Source of the DNA: Candidatus Sumerlaeales bacterium
GTDB lineage: Bacteria; Sumerlaeota; Sumerlaeia; Sumerlaeales; Sumerlaeaceae
Length of the DNA: 26,169 nucleotides
Assembly (NCBI GenBank): GCA_038243585.1
Contig: JBBSQY010000046.1
Span: 1 to 26,169 of the forward strand
Reading direction: 5' to 3'
A program made the translations under genes and the position numbers. Positions 9,364 through 18,251 of this stretch are shown piece after piece (positions within the stretch are counted from its first letter, which is position 1; each line of letters opens with the position of its first letter). The notes under the pieces were generated by a model. It worked only from the letters and a program-made list of their open reading frames with translations. It did not search any database and was not told the DNA's origin.

Positions 9364-10322
9364 CTTCCGGAGATTTTCAGGGATTCATTATCGCGGCGGT
9401 AGCCACGTTTTTACTTATGTTTATCGTGGTGCCGATGATTCTCGGGGTATTCAGGCTGCTGGGGCTTTATGTGATGGTGCCAGAGGGGCGCTGTTGTGTG
9501 TATGTGCTTTTCGGCAAGGTGATCGGCATTATCAGGGAGCCGGGTCTCCATTTCCTGCCGTTCCATATTGGCACCTCGGCTTTTCTGGTACACTGGTTTG
9601 GGAAAGTCGAGACTGTGGATTTGCGTATGGATCAGGAGTACCTGCGCAGCCAGGCGGTGAACTCCGAAGAGGGCGCACCCATGGGGATTGGAATCTGGTA
9701 TGAAATGTATATCAGCGATCCGGTTGCGTACCTGTTTAAGAACGCTGATCCGCGCGGATCGCTTCGTACCAATGTGAGCAACGCCACCGTGCGCTGTCTG
9801 AGTAATATGCCGCTTTCGGAACTGTTGGAAAACCGGCACCAGATGAGCCGCACTGTGCGCACAGAAGTGAGCGAGAAGAGCGAGGAGTGGGGCTATGGGT
9901 TGGGCTCCATTTATATCCGCAAGGTGCATTTTCGCGATAAGGGTATGATCCGGCAGATCGAGGAAAAGGTGGTCAACCGGCTTCGGCAGGTGACGTCTGC
10001 CATCAGGCAGGACGGGGTGAACCAGGTGAGCATTATCGCATCTACGGCGGAGCGGGAGGCGGCGGTGGAATTCGCCAAGGCAGCGGCGGTGCGGCCGCTG
10101 GTGGTGGGCATGGCGTTGCACGAGATCGGCGAGGACAGCGAAATTCAGTCGGCGATGTTTGAGATCCTGGAGCAGCAGAAGCTGATCAAGAGCGACGCTA
10201 ACATCACGCTTATTCCGGAAAAGAGCGACGCGCTGGCCGCGCTTATCACCAGCGAAAGCCTTTCACGACCAGTGTCGCCGCAGGCGTCCCGACCGGATAG
10301 AGGTAAGCCGACGGTGGGCTGA
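9360..10322 (+). CDS. SPFH/Band 7 domain membrane protein (second of pair)
   Basis: TM helix, VLFGKVIGIIREPGLHFL, WGYGLGSIYIRKV; ATGA overlap with the upstream gene and GGAGG RBS. Confidence 0.85.
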   Translation: MTSGDFQGFIIAAVATFLLMFIVVPMILGVFRLLGLYVMVPEGRCCVYVLFGKVIGIIREPGLHFLPFHIGTSAFLVHWFGKVETVDLRMDQEYLRSQAVNSEEGAPMGIGIWYEMYISDPVAYLFKNADPRGSLRTNVSNATVRCLSNMPLSELLENRHQMSRTVRTEVSEKSEEWGYGLGSIYIRKVHFRDKGMIRQIEEKVVNRLRQVTSAIRQDGVNQVSIIASTAEREAAVEFAKAAAVRPLVVGMALHEIGEDSEIQSAMFEILEQQKLIKSDANITLIPEKSDALAALITSESLSRPVSPQASRPDRGKPTVG

Positions 10323-10402
10323 CGCGGGCGTTTGGGAGCTTATAATTTAACCCTTGAGGTCTGCGGTGGAACGACATCGCGTTGTGTTATTTTAGCTTCA
10401 AT

Positions 10403-10419
10403 TTAAAGAGCCTCTTTAA
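10403..10419. promoter_or_regulatory. Perfect 8-1-8 palindrome TTAAAGAG-C-CTCTTTAA, possible operator
   Basis: Read directly; lies about 145 bp upstream of the SOUL gene. A 1-nt spacer is too short for a hairpin loop. Confidence 0.3.
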
Positions 10420-10563
10420 GAGAATTCGCCCGCACAATGATCAAGTTAGGTGCATTGAAGCCAATCCGATGTGCTATGGTTTATTTAGTGCACCACTTGC
10501 TCGTATTCTCGAGTGTGACCAACATTAAATCCTCTGTCGTAGAGCCCCACGAAAGGTAGTCCT

Positions 10564-11253
10564 ATGGATTACGCCTCGAAACGTCTAACAAACTTGTTGG
10601 TCAAATCCGCATTGGCGATTCTCTTTATAGTACCCGGAGGAGGTATAATGGCCCAGGAAGAAGCGAAGTTCACCGTCATTAAAAAAGACGGGAACTATGA
10701 GATTCGCGAATACGCTCCGCGGGTGGTGGCTCAGACCTTTATCGATGGCTCTTTCACAGATGCTGGCAATCGTGTGTTTAACCGGTTGTTTGGGTATATA
10801 TCTGGTGAAAATTCTGGAAGTAAGAAAATTGCCATGACCGCGCCTGTCACACAGGAAACGAGCCCCGCCGGCTCGGGAGAGAAAATCGCGATGACTGCCC
10901 CCGTTACGCAGCAGGAGAAGGATGGTAAATATCGCGTCACCTTTATATTGCCTGCTAGCTATACGATGGACAATGCCCCGAGTCCCACGAATTCCGACGT
11001 CACCCTGGCAGCGGAACCTGAGACCCGCGTGGCCGCAGTCACTTACTCAGGCACATGGAGCGAAGAGAATTATGATAAGTATCTGAAGGAGCTTCAGGGC
11101 TGGATGACGTCGAACAGCCTGAAAGCCGAATCTGGTCCAATTTGGGCACGTTACAATCAGCCGTTCTCGCTGCCCCTATTGCGCCGCAACGAAATTATCA
11201 TACCGATCAAGGATGCAGACGACCAGACTTCAGGTTCACAAGCCTTGAATTAG
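10564..11253 (+). CDS. SOUL family heme-binding protein
   Basis: YEIREY, FNRLFGYISGEN, KIAMTAPV (twice), FILP, ARYNQPF...RRNEI; N-terminal hydrophobic/signal segment. Confidence 0.9.
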   Translation: MDYASKRLTNLLVKSALAILFIVPGGGIMAQEEAKFTVIKKDGNYEIREYAPRVVAQTFIDGSFTDAGNRVFNRLFGYISGENSGSKKIAMTAPVTQETSPAGSGEKIAMTAPVTQQEKDGKYRVTFILPASYTMDNAPSPTNSDVTLAAEPETRVAAVTYSGTWSEENYDKYLKELQGWMTSNSLKAESGPIWARYNQPFSLPLLRRNEIIIPIKDADDQTSGSQALN

Positions 11254-11458
11254 GTGCATTGTGGTGGTCATTTTCAGGGACATTTAATGGAGAACTATTA
11301 TCGATTCTAAACACAGCCCAATAAATGTGCAGTTCGTGTTTGACAAAAGCGGGTTGCGGTTGCGAGTTAAGAGCGCGGTGTATGATTTGCCGCTATTCTT
11401 ATCGCATAATTTCATAACGTTATCGTGCTGATTTACGCTGCGTTATCGATCGGATCGT

Positions 11459-14233
11459 ATGATGAAAGCTAGTTTAATGATGGCATGTGTGCGGAAATTT
11501 CCGACGACTCTAATCGGGATTCGTTTCGGTTCGCTTCGACTTTTAGCGCTTGCGGGGGCATTGGCTTTTTCATCAGCGGTCACGGTCGCCGGTGACGTCG
11601 GCTGGACGTGGGAGTCTGGTTCGCCTGTTGTTACTGCTTATGTTAATTATGGCGATTTGGGTGTGCCACGATCCTCGAACTCGCCTGGTGCTCGAGATGG
11701 ATCTGCCACGTGGACAGATGCCGACGGTAATCTTTGGTTATTCGGCGGATGGCTGAAAACAGAGGATGACCTGGTTTCTACGAATGATGTTTGGATGTAT
11801 AATCGGACTACGAAGTTATGGACATGGATTGCGGGTAGCAGCACACCTGAAATTGCCGGCAATTATGGCCAGGTTGGCATTGAATCTCCCGGTCGTTTTC
11901 CTGGCTCCCGTCGTGGCTCGAGCGCCTGGGTGGACAGCTCAGGGAAGGTTTGGATTTTCGGTGGTCGTGGCTTAAGTGCATCCAGACTAAACGATCTTTG
12001 GAGATTTGACCCTGTCTCTAAAAATTGGACGTGGATGAGCGGGAGCAATTCAGCAGATGCTATTGGTGTCTACAACGGAACTAATTCCGCTCATCCTGGC
12101 GCCCGCTCTTCTGCCGCCAGTTGGTTAGATGGTTCCGGCAACTTATGGTTGTTCGGCGGCGAAGGTTTCGGCACTTCGTCCGGATCGGGAGCGCTCGCCG
12201 ATTTGTGGAAATATGATCCGAGCACCGGAAATTGGACTTATGTAAAAGGGTCGTCTTCTGTATACGACGTGGCGGTGACTGGCGACCAGGGAGTGGCAGC
12301 GACTGGGAATATGCCCGGAGGTGTTACTTCAGCGATTACATGGAATGATTCCACAAGCCTTTGGTTTTACGGGGGATTTGGCAAAGTTGCCGGCGGTTAT
12401 GGGGGGTATTATGACTGGCTCAATGATCTGTGGAAATACGATATCAGTTCCGGAAACTGGACGTGGATGAAAGGCACTAATGAGCTAGGTGCAATCGGCG
12501 TCTACGGGTCCAAAGGTGTTGCCGCCGCAGCGAATCGCCCCGGATCCCGGAGCAGCAGCGCTTCTTGGGTGGACAGCGCTGGGAACTTCTGGATGTACGG
12601 AGGATATGGGTACACCGATGACTTTTCGGATTCCGGTTACTTGGCTGACACCTGGAAGTACACGCCGGGAACGAACAATTGGACATGGATGGGTGGATCC
12701 CTGGAGCTGACGGAAAAGCCGGCTTATGGAAATTTGAATGTTGCCAACGCCGGAAACAATCCAGGCTCGAGGAATACGCCGTTGAGCTGGGCAGTGCCCG
12801 GTGGTAACGGCTGGGTTTACAGTGGAGAAATATTTAACTATGACGGCACGGAGCTTTGGTGGTCGGATCTTTGGGAGTTTAATTCTGCTTCCGCTCAATG
12901 GACATGGAGGGGTGGACCGAAACCTCACTTGCCGAAGCCAGATTATGGGAGTAAGGGCATCGTCAGCTCGAGTAACCAACCGGGCGCAAGAACTGGCGCC
13001 GCAACCTGGCAAACTGCTGATGGTGATCTCTGGATGCTGGGCGGCGGAGGCATTGATACCTCGTCCACCCTCGGCCTTCTAAACGATCTATGGCGGTTCG
13101 ATCCGGACACCGGAAACTGGGTATGGGTTACAGGGAGCGAAACAGAAGGCGCTGCCGGCCGATATGGTCAGTTAAGGAACACCCAAAGTTTTAATATGCT
13201 GCCGGGCCGCAGAGATGCTGTGACGTGGACAGGCAATTCTGGCGATTTTTGGGTCTTCGGCGGCTACGCCGTGAGGGACATAGAAGGCTCTCGTGCTGAC
13301 ATTTTGCGAAACGACCTGTGGAAGTTTAATCCGGTCACCAAGTTGTGGACGTGGATGGCCGGAGGGCAGTATAATCAGGATTTGGGAGTTTACGGCACTA
13401 AGGGGGAGCCCCATAACGATAACACCCCCGGTGCCCGCGAATCCTCAGTTTCCTGGAAAGATTCGGACGGAAACCTATGGCTTTTTGGAGGGTTCGGAAC
13501 ATCTGCAACTGCACTTTTTGGTAGTTCTCTTAATGATTTATGGAAGTATAATCCGACTACAAACCAGTGGACGTGGATGCATGGCTCCAATGCTCACAAT
13601 ACGCGTGGAACGTATGGAGAAATTGGGGTTGCTGCAGTGGGCAACTCGCCCGGTGCCCGGAAGGATGCTGTTTCCTGGACTGACTTGTCCGGAAACTTCT
13701 GGTTGTTTGGCGGCTATGGTTATGCAGAATCTGGCTTTGGCGATCTAAATGATCTGTGGATGTATCAACCTTCCAGCGGTGGCGGTCCGTCCATGGGCCA
13801 ATGGACATGGGTTGCTGGCAGCAAGGTGACATATAGGGTCGCGGTTTACGGAGCTGCCGGTAGTTTCTCCCCGCTTAATACCCCAGGGGCTCGGCAGCAA
13901 TCGGCAACCTAGACAGACATCGACGGAAACCTGTGGCTCTTTGGCGGTAGACGAGAGGATGATGTTTGGAAGTTTGACACGAATCTCAGACAGTGGGCGT
14001 GGATGTACGGAACCCACGAAGAGTTCAATACGCCGGTCTATGGAGTTATTGGCGAGTTTGCTGACAACAACACCCCTGGCAATCGTTACGATGTTCAAAC
14101 ATGGTCTGGCGACGGCACCGCTTTCTGGATGTTCTCTGGCGCAGGCGCAAACGTACCGGTAACTGACGATTTGTGGACGTTCTCTACTGGGGTTGAGCCG
14201 GCCAGCGCGGCGGACTGGCAGCTTTTCGAATAG
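11459..14233 (+). pseudogene. Secreted Kelch/galactose-oxidase-like repeat protein (12 repeats), interrupted by one in-frame TAG at 13910-13912; C-terminal ASAADWQLFE motif
   Basis: Repeat unit PGAR-x-SWxDxxGNLWLFGG...LNDLWKYxP...WTW. After the TAG the frame continues TDIDGNLWLFGGRREDDVWKFDTNLRQWAW into track ORF 14003..14233. Confidence 0.85.
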
Positions 14234-14240
14234 ACATTCC

Positions 14241-14275
14241 GCAGGTGTCACGGCAAAATCTGTCGTGACACCTGC
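14241..14275 (+). terminator. Stem-loop after the Kelch-like gene
   Basis: gcaggtgtcacggca-aaatc-tgtcgtgacacctgc: 15-bp stem with one G-U, 7 bp after the final stop; no strong U-tract. Confidence 0.6.
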
Positions 14276-14626
14276 TGGGCCTTATTGAACGTGCTTGTGA
14301 TATAAAATGGGCCTTTTAAAAAGTTAAGAATACTTGTTGGGATATATCTTTTCTTCGTGGCAGCGCCGACTCCGTAGCGATATACGACCTCTCCGCCGAT
14401 CCATCCTCGGAATGAAACTGTGCCGAATTATCGGACACTAGTCAATTAGGGATTAGTAGTATTTGGGTTTCGGTTGGACAAGATGTCATCTGTTTTGTCT
14501 TGCACCTCCGGTTAGTTTCGCACTTACGTTTTGGTGACTTCCACCATCTCGACTCACTAACGGCTATGTTTTGTAGGTTGGACGATGCGGAGGTCGCCAT
14601 CCGATTAGCGAAAGCTGCCATCCAAC

Positions 14627-17425
14627 ATGACGAACATGTCTCTTGTAGCACAACGTATATCTGCCATATTAATGTCCCCTGTGCACCGGCGCAGTAATTA
14701 TCCCGCGCGGGCAAGCCTGGCGGTCCTGGGGCTAGCCATTGCCGCGATGGCTGCTGCGGCGCCTTCCCCTTATCTTATCAAGGACATCGCTCCCGGGCCG
14801 GATTTTACCCCCTATGCCATATTGGGTGATCGGGGTATGATGGGGTCCAATCTCTATTTCTCCATGGGCAATGAACTCTATGGCGACACCTTGAACTACG
14901 GTTCGGAATTGTTCAAGACTGACGGAACGGCCTCCGGCACTGTGATGGTAAAAGACATCTGGCCTGGCGTAGCGGGCAGCGCGCCTGCTGACCCTACCGA
15001 CGTAAACGGTGTGTTATTTTTTACTGCGGATGATGGCACTCACGGCCGCGAGCTTTGGAAGAGCGACGGAACATCCTCAGGCACAGAGATGGTGAAAGAC
15101 ATATTTGGAGGAGCCCAGGCTAGCGAACCGTATTACCTAACGAATCTGAATGGGACGCTGTTCTTTGTGGCCCAGACCGACACAAGCGGCGTGGAACTAT
15201 GGAAGAGCGACGGAACGTCGTCGGGCACAGTGATGGTGAAAGATATTTTGCCTGGCCCGGATAGCTCTGACCCCAGCTACGCGGTGGCAGTAAACGGTAA
15301 CCTCTTTTTTAGCGCCGCGACTGCCGATAACGGCTCTGAGCTGTGGAAGAGCGATGGAACCGACGCCGGCACCGTAATGGTGAAAGATATTAATCCGGGG
15401 ACAGCCAACAGTGAACCAGCCTACCTGGTGGTGGTGAACAACAAGGTGTTTTTTACAGCTACAGATAATATGACTGGCAACGAACTCTGGGTAAGCGACG
15501 GGACCGAGGCTGGTACGGTGATGGTGAAGGTAATCGTACAGGGACAGGGCGGTACCCCTTTGTATGATATGGTGGAAGCGGGCGGCCTGCTTTATTTTAG
15601 CGCACCCGGACCAAACGGGCGGGAACTCTGGAAAAGTGACGGAACCGAAGCCGGTACGGCGATGGTCAAAGACATCAAGGCGGGCGTAGACGGCAGCTAT
15701 CCCTACGCCCTGGTAAGTCATAATAACGTTTTATTCCTAACGGCAGATGATGGCGTGCATGGCGAAGAACTATGGATGAGCGACGGAACTGAAACTGGTA
15801 CGGTGATGGTGAGAGATATCTATCCGGATTTAAGCTCCAGCTATCCATCCGACCTGACCAGCGTCGGCGGCACGCTGTTCTTTAGAGCCATGTATCCTCA
15901 AAATAAGTATGAGGTGTGGAAAACCGATGGCACGGCAACGGGCACGGTGATGGTAAAAGATATCTATCCGCAGGAAACCAGCTATCCCGATTCCTTCAGT
16001 GCGATAAATGGTAAGCTGTTCTTCGCTGCCACTGATGAGCTCAACGGAAAAGAGACGTGGATTAGCGACGGTACCGAGACAGGAACAACCAAGCTGCTTA
16101 ACTACGCTTCCGGTCCGATGAGTTCAGAACCACGCAGCGGCTTAATGGTGGGTAGCATGTTGTATTTCATGGCGAGGGACACGTCGCAGGGATGGGCGCT
16201 CTGGAAGAGCAATGGCACCGAGGCAGGAACTCTGCTGGTTAAGAATCTCCCCGCCTACTATGAGTCCGGATTGCCGCGCCCCCGCGGTGCGATCAACGGA
16301 AACCTCCTCTTTAGAGCCGATGACGATGTAAACGGACAGGAATTATGGATCAGCGACGGCACCGAAGCTGGCACCGCATTGCTTAAGGACATCAACCCCG
16401 GCACCGATTCGGGCAGTCCATCGGAAATGGTGGACGTCAACGGCACAGCTTATTTCACTGCCCAGACCAATACGGCCGGAGAAGAACTATGGAAGACCGA
16501 CGGCACCGCAGCGGGCACCGTCATGGTAAAGGATATCAGCCCTGGCACTGACAGCTCTTATCCATCTCAATTGACCAACCTCAACGGCACGTTATACTTT
16601 GTTGCAACAGACTGGTCCCAGGGGGAGACTGCCCTGTGGAAGACCGACGGCACTGAAGCGGGCACCGTGGTGGTCTTCGGACGCGCAAGTCTGGGCGGCA
16701 CAACGCCAAATTTCAATGGAGACATGTGTAACGTCAATGGCACCCTGTATTTCAGTATGGATAACCGTGTTTCCGGATACGAACTATGGAAAAGCGACGG
16801 AACCACGACCGGAACAGTCCTGGTTAAAGACATCTACGAGGGCCTCTTCATGAGTAGTTATCCAGATATGCTGACCAATGTCAATGGCACCCTATTCTTT
16901 CAGGCAAACGATGCAAACGGCACCGAGCTATGGAAGAGCGACGGCACCCCCGAAGGTACTGTTATGGTAAAGGATATTAATGAAACAGGAGACAGTTACC
17001 CTGACGAGATGGTCGCTGCCGGCAACAAGCTCTTCTTCAGCGCGAGTGACGGAATCCATGGATACGAACTTTGGGTCAGCGATGGTTCATCGACGGGGAC
17101 CTTCTTGTTAAATGACATTGAACCCGGTTCAGAAAATGGCAATCCGAATGACCTGGTCAACGTCAATGGCACCGTTTACTTTAATGCAACTGACTCGACC
17201 CACGGTGACGAATTATGGAAGAGTGACGGCACCCCTGGAGGCACAGTACTGGTCAGCGACACCGCGCCAGGAATCATTTCTTCCCAAACGGAAATCCTCG
17301 GGTTCACCGCAAACCAACTCCTGCTGTCCGCAACCGACGGTGATTTCCTGGAAAGTGGAATCGGCGTTGAATTGTGGGGATTAATGCTGGGTGATTCCGC
17401 CGTAGCGGATTGGTCGATCTACTAA
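14627..17425 (+). CDS. Secreted ELWxxDGT repeat protein (17 repeats); C-terminal SAVADWSIY motif
   Basis: 932 aa; 17 copies of ELWKSDGT-like...GTVMVKDI; signal peptide LAVLGLAIAAMAAA. The exact start could be 14627, 14636 or 14672. Confidence 0.92.
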   Translation: MTNMSLVAQRISAILMSPVHRRSNYPARASLAVLGLAIAAMAAAAPSPYLIKDIAPGPDFTPYAILGDRGMMGSNLYFSMGNELYGDTLNYGSELFKTDGTASGTVMVKDIWPGVAGSAPADPTDVNGVLFFTADDGTHGRELWKSDGTSSGTEMVKDIFGGAQASEPYYLTNLNGTLFFVAQTDTSGVELWKSDGTSSGTVMVKDILPGPDSSDPSYAVAVNGNLFFSAATADNGSELWKSDGTDAGTVMVKDINPGTANSEPAYLVVVNNKVFFTATDNMTGNELWVSDGTEAGTVMVKVIVQGQGGTPLYDMVEAGGLLYFSAPGPNGRELWKSDGTEAGTAMVKDIKAGVDGSYPYALVSHNNVLFLTADDGVHGEELWMSDGTETGTVMVRDIYPDLSSSYPSDLTSVGGTLFFRAMYPQNKYEVWKTDGTATGTVMVKDIYPQETSYPDSFSAINGKLFFAATDELNGKETWISDGTETGTTKLLNYASGPMSSEPRSGLMVGSMLYFMARDTSQGWALWKSNGTEAGTLLVKNLPAYYESGLPRPRGAINGNLLFRADDDVNGQELWISDGTEAGTALLKDINPGTDSGSPSEMVDVNGTAYFTAQTNTAGEELWKTDGTAAGTVMVKDISPGTDSSYPSQLTNLNGTLYFVATDWSQGETALWKTDGTEAGTVVVFGRASLGGTTPNFNGDMCNVNGTLYFSMDNRVSGYELWKSDGTTTGTVLVKDIYEGLFMSSYPDMLTNVNGTLFFQANDANGTELWKSDGTPEGTVMVKDINETGDSYPDEMVAAGNKLFFSASDGIHGYELWVSDGSSTGTFLLNDIEPGSENGNPNDLVNVNGTVYFNATDSTHGDELWKSDGTPGGTVLVSDTAPGIISSQTEILGFTANQLLLSATDGDFLESGIGVELWGLMLGDSAVADWSIY

Positions 17426-17463
17426 TCCAGTTCAACCGGAGAGTCTTTCTTCCTAAGGCTTAG

Positions 17464-17501
17464 GCGGTGCCGGAGTGGGTAAACACATCTCCCGGCACCG
17501 C
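17464..17501. terminator. GC-rich stem-loop between convergent genes
   Basis: gcggtgccgg (17464-17473) pairs with ccggcaccgc (17492-17501). Confidence 0.55.
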
Positions 17502-17559
17502 TACCAGCTGTCGCAACATGCCTGGCAGGCCTGACATGCCAGACAGTTTCACTAACATG

Positions 17560-17579
17560 TTAATTGGTGCCTGTCCCTA
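17560..17579 (+). repeat. Left 20-bp inverted repeat TTAATTGGTGCCTGTCCCTA
   Basis: Exact reverse complement of 25981-26000. Confidence 0.85.
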
Positions 17580-17606
17580 GTTTACTAAAAAAATCTGCTG
17601 GCAAGA

Positions 17607-18230
17607 CTAAACCGTCGGTTTTTCTACCCCCCATTCTTTAAGCCTTTGTGCAATTTGATCCGTCCGGCTGCCGATTTCGGCGTAGGCTATATAGGCTTCA
17701 TCCGCCAGGGCCGCGGTGATTTCGTTTCGGCGGGCGGCGGATTCTTTTGTGATTCGGGTGGGTTTTTCCGCAAAGGGAGACAGGAACAGGATGCGTCCTT
17801 CGTTAAAGGCCGGGCGGCATTGGGCGGGAATGCGCATGCCGGTCAGGCTGCGGGCCACGCTGATGATGATCGGTTGTTTGCCCCGCAACAGAATGGCCAG
17901 GCATTCCTTTTCCATGGGAGATTGAAACCCGCTGATCACGGTGATGCCGCTGTCGCGCATGCGGCGGGCGGCTTGGTGGGTTCGAAGGATTGCGTCGGCC
18001 GGGCATCGGGTTGAACAGAACAGGGCGGTTTTATGGGTGTCGAGTATCTCGGGAGGGCCAAGGAGGTGCAGACGTGGCGGCGCGGCATCGCGCAGGCGAA
18101 GGGACAACTGCCCAGGCCAACGGGAATCCAGAGGTAAAAGCTCAGCAGGCGGCAGGGGCGCAACACCATGGCAGGGGCAACCTGCCCCCTGTACAGTGAT
18201 GTTGTGGCAAGCTTGCGCCCGCTGGTTCAC
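17607..18230 (-). CDS. Short DprA/Smf-like (SLOG superfamily) protein
   Basis: RWPGQL...PPRLHLLGPPEIL...ALFCSTRCP...VISGFQSPMEKECLAILLRGKQPII...RRNEITAALADEAYIAYA. Start uncertain because the first ~25 codons overlap palindromic repeat DNA. Confidence 0.75.
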   Translation of the reverse strand: MNQRAQACHNITVQGAGCPCHGVAPLPPAELLPLDSRWPGQLSLRLRDAAPPRLHLLGPPEILDTHKTALFCSTRCPADAILRTHQAARRMRDSGITVISGFQSPMEKECLAILLRGKQPIIISVARSLTGMRIPAQCRPAFNEGRILFLSPFAEKPTRITKESAARRNEITAALADEAYIAYAEIGSRTDQIAQRLKEWGVEKPTV

Positions 18231-18250
18231 GGGCTGGAAGCCCGTGCCAC
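18151..18250. repeat. Cluster of REP-like palindromes
   Basis: CACGGGC-TGGAA-GCCCGTG hairpin enclosed by GTGGCA...TGCCAC (18204-18250); GGGGCA-ACC-TGCCCC hairpin and duplicated GGCAGGGGC (18151, 18170). Confidence 0.6.
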
Positions 18251-18251
18251 T

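Noticed and set aside
10825..10914. Duplicated KIAMTAPVTQ in the SOUL protein
   Set aside because: A repeated IAMTAPV segment is common in bacterial SOUL proteins; not novel.
2132..14233. Genome-wide TAG reassignment (alternative genetic code)
   Set aside because: TAG ends genes exactly after the conserved C-terminal tail (2132, 14233) and before a hairpin. The two internal TAGs align to different residues (Trp versus probably Glu/Gln).
14276..14626. Riboswitch or sRNA in the long leader of the ELWxxDGT gene
   Set aside because: No recognisable aptamer consensus or convincing stems by eye; a covariance-model search would be needed.
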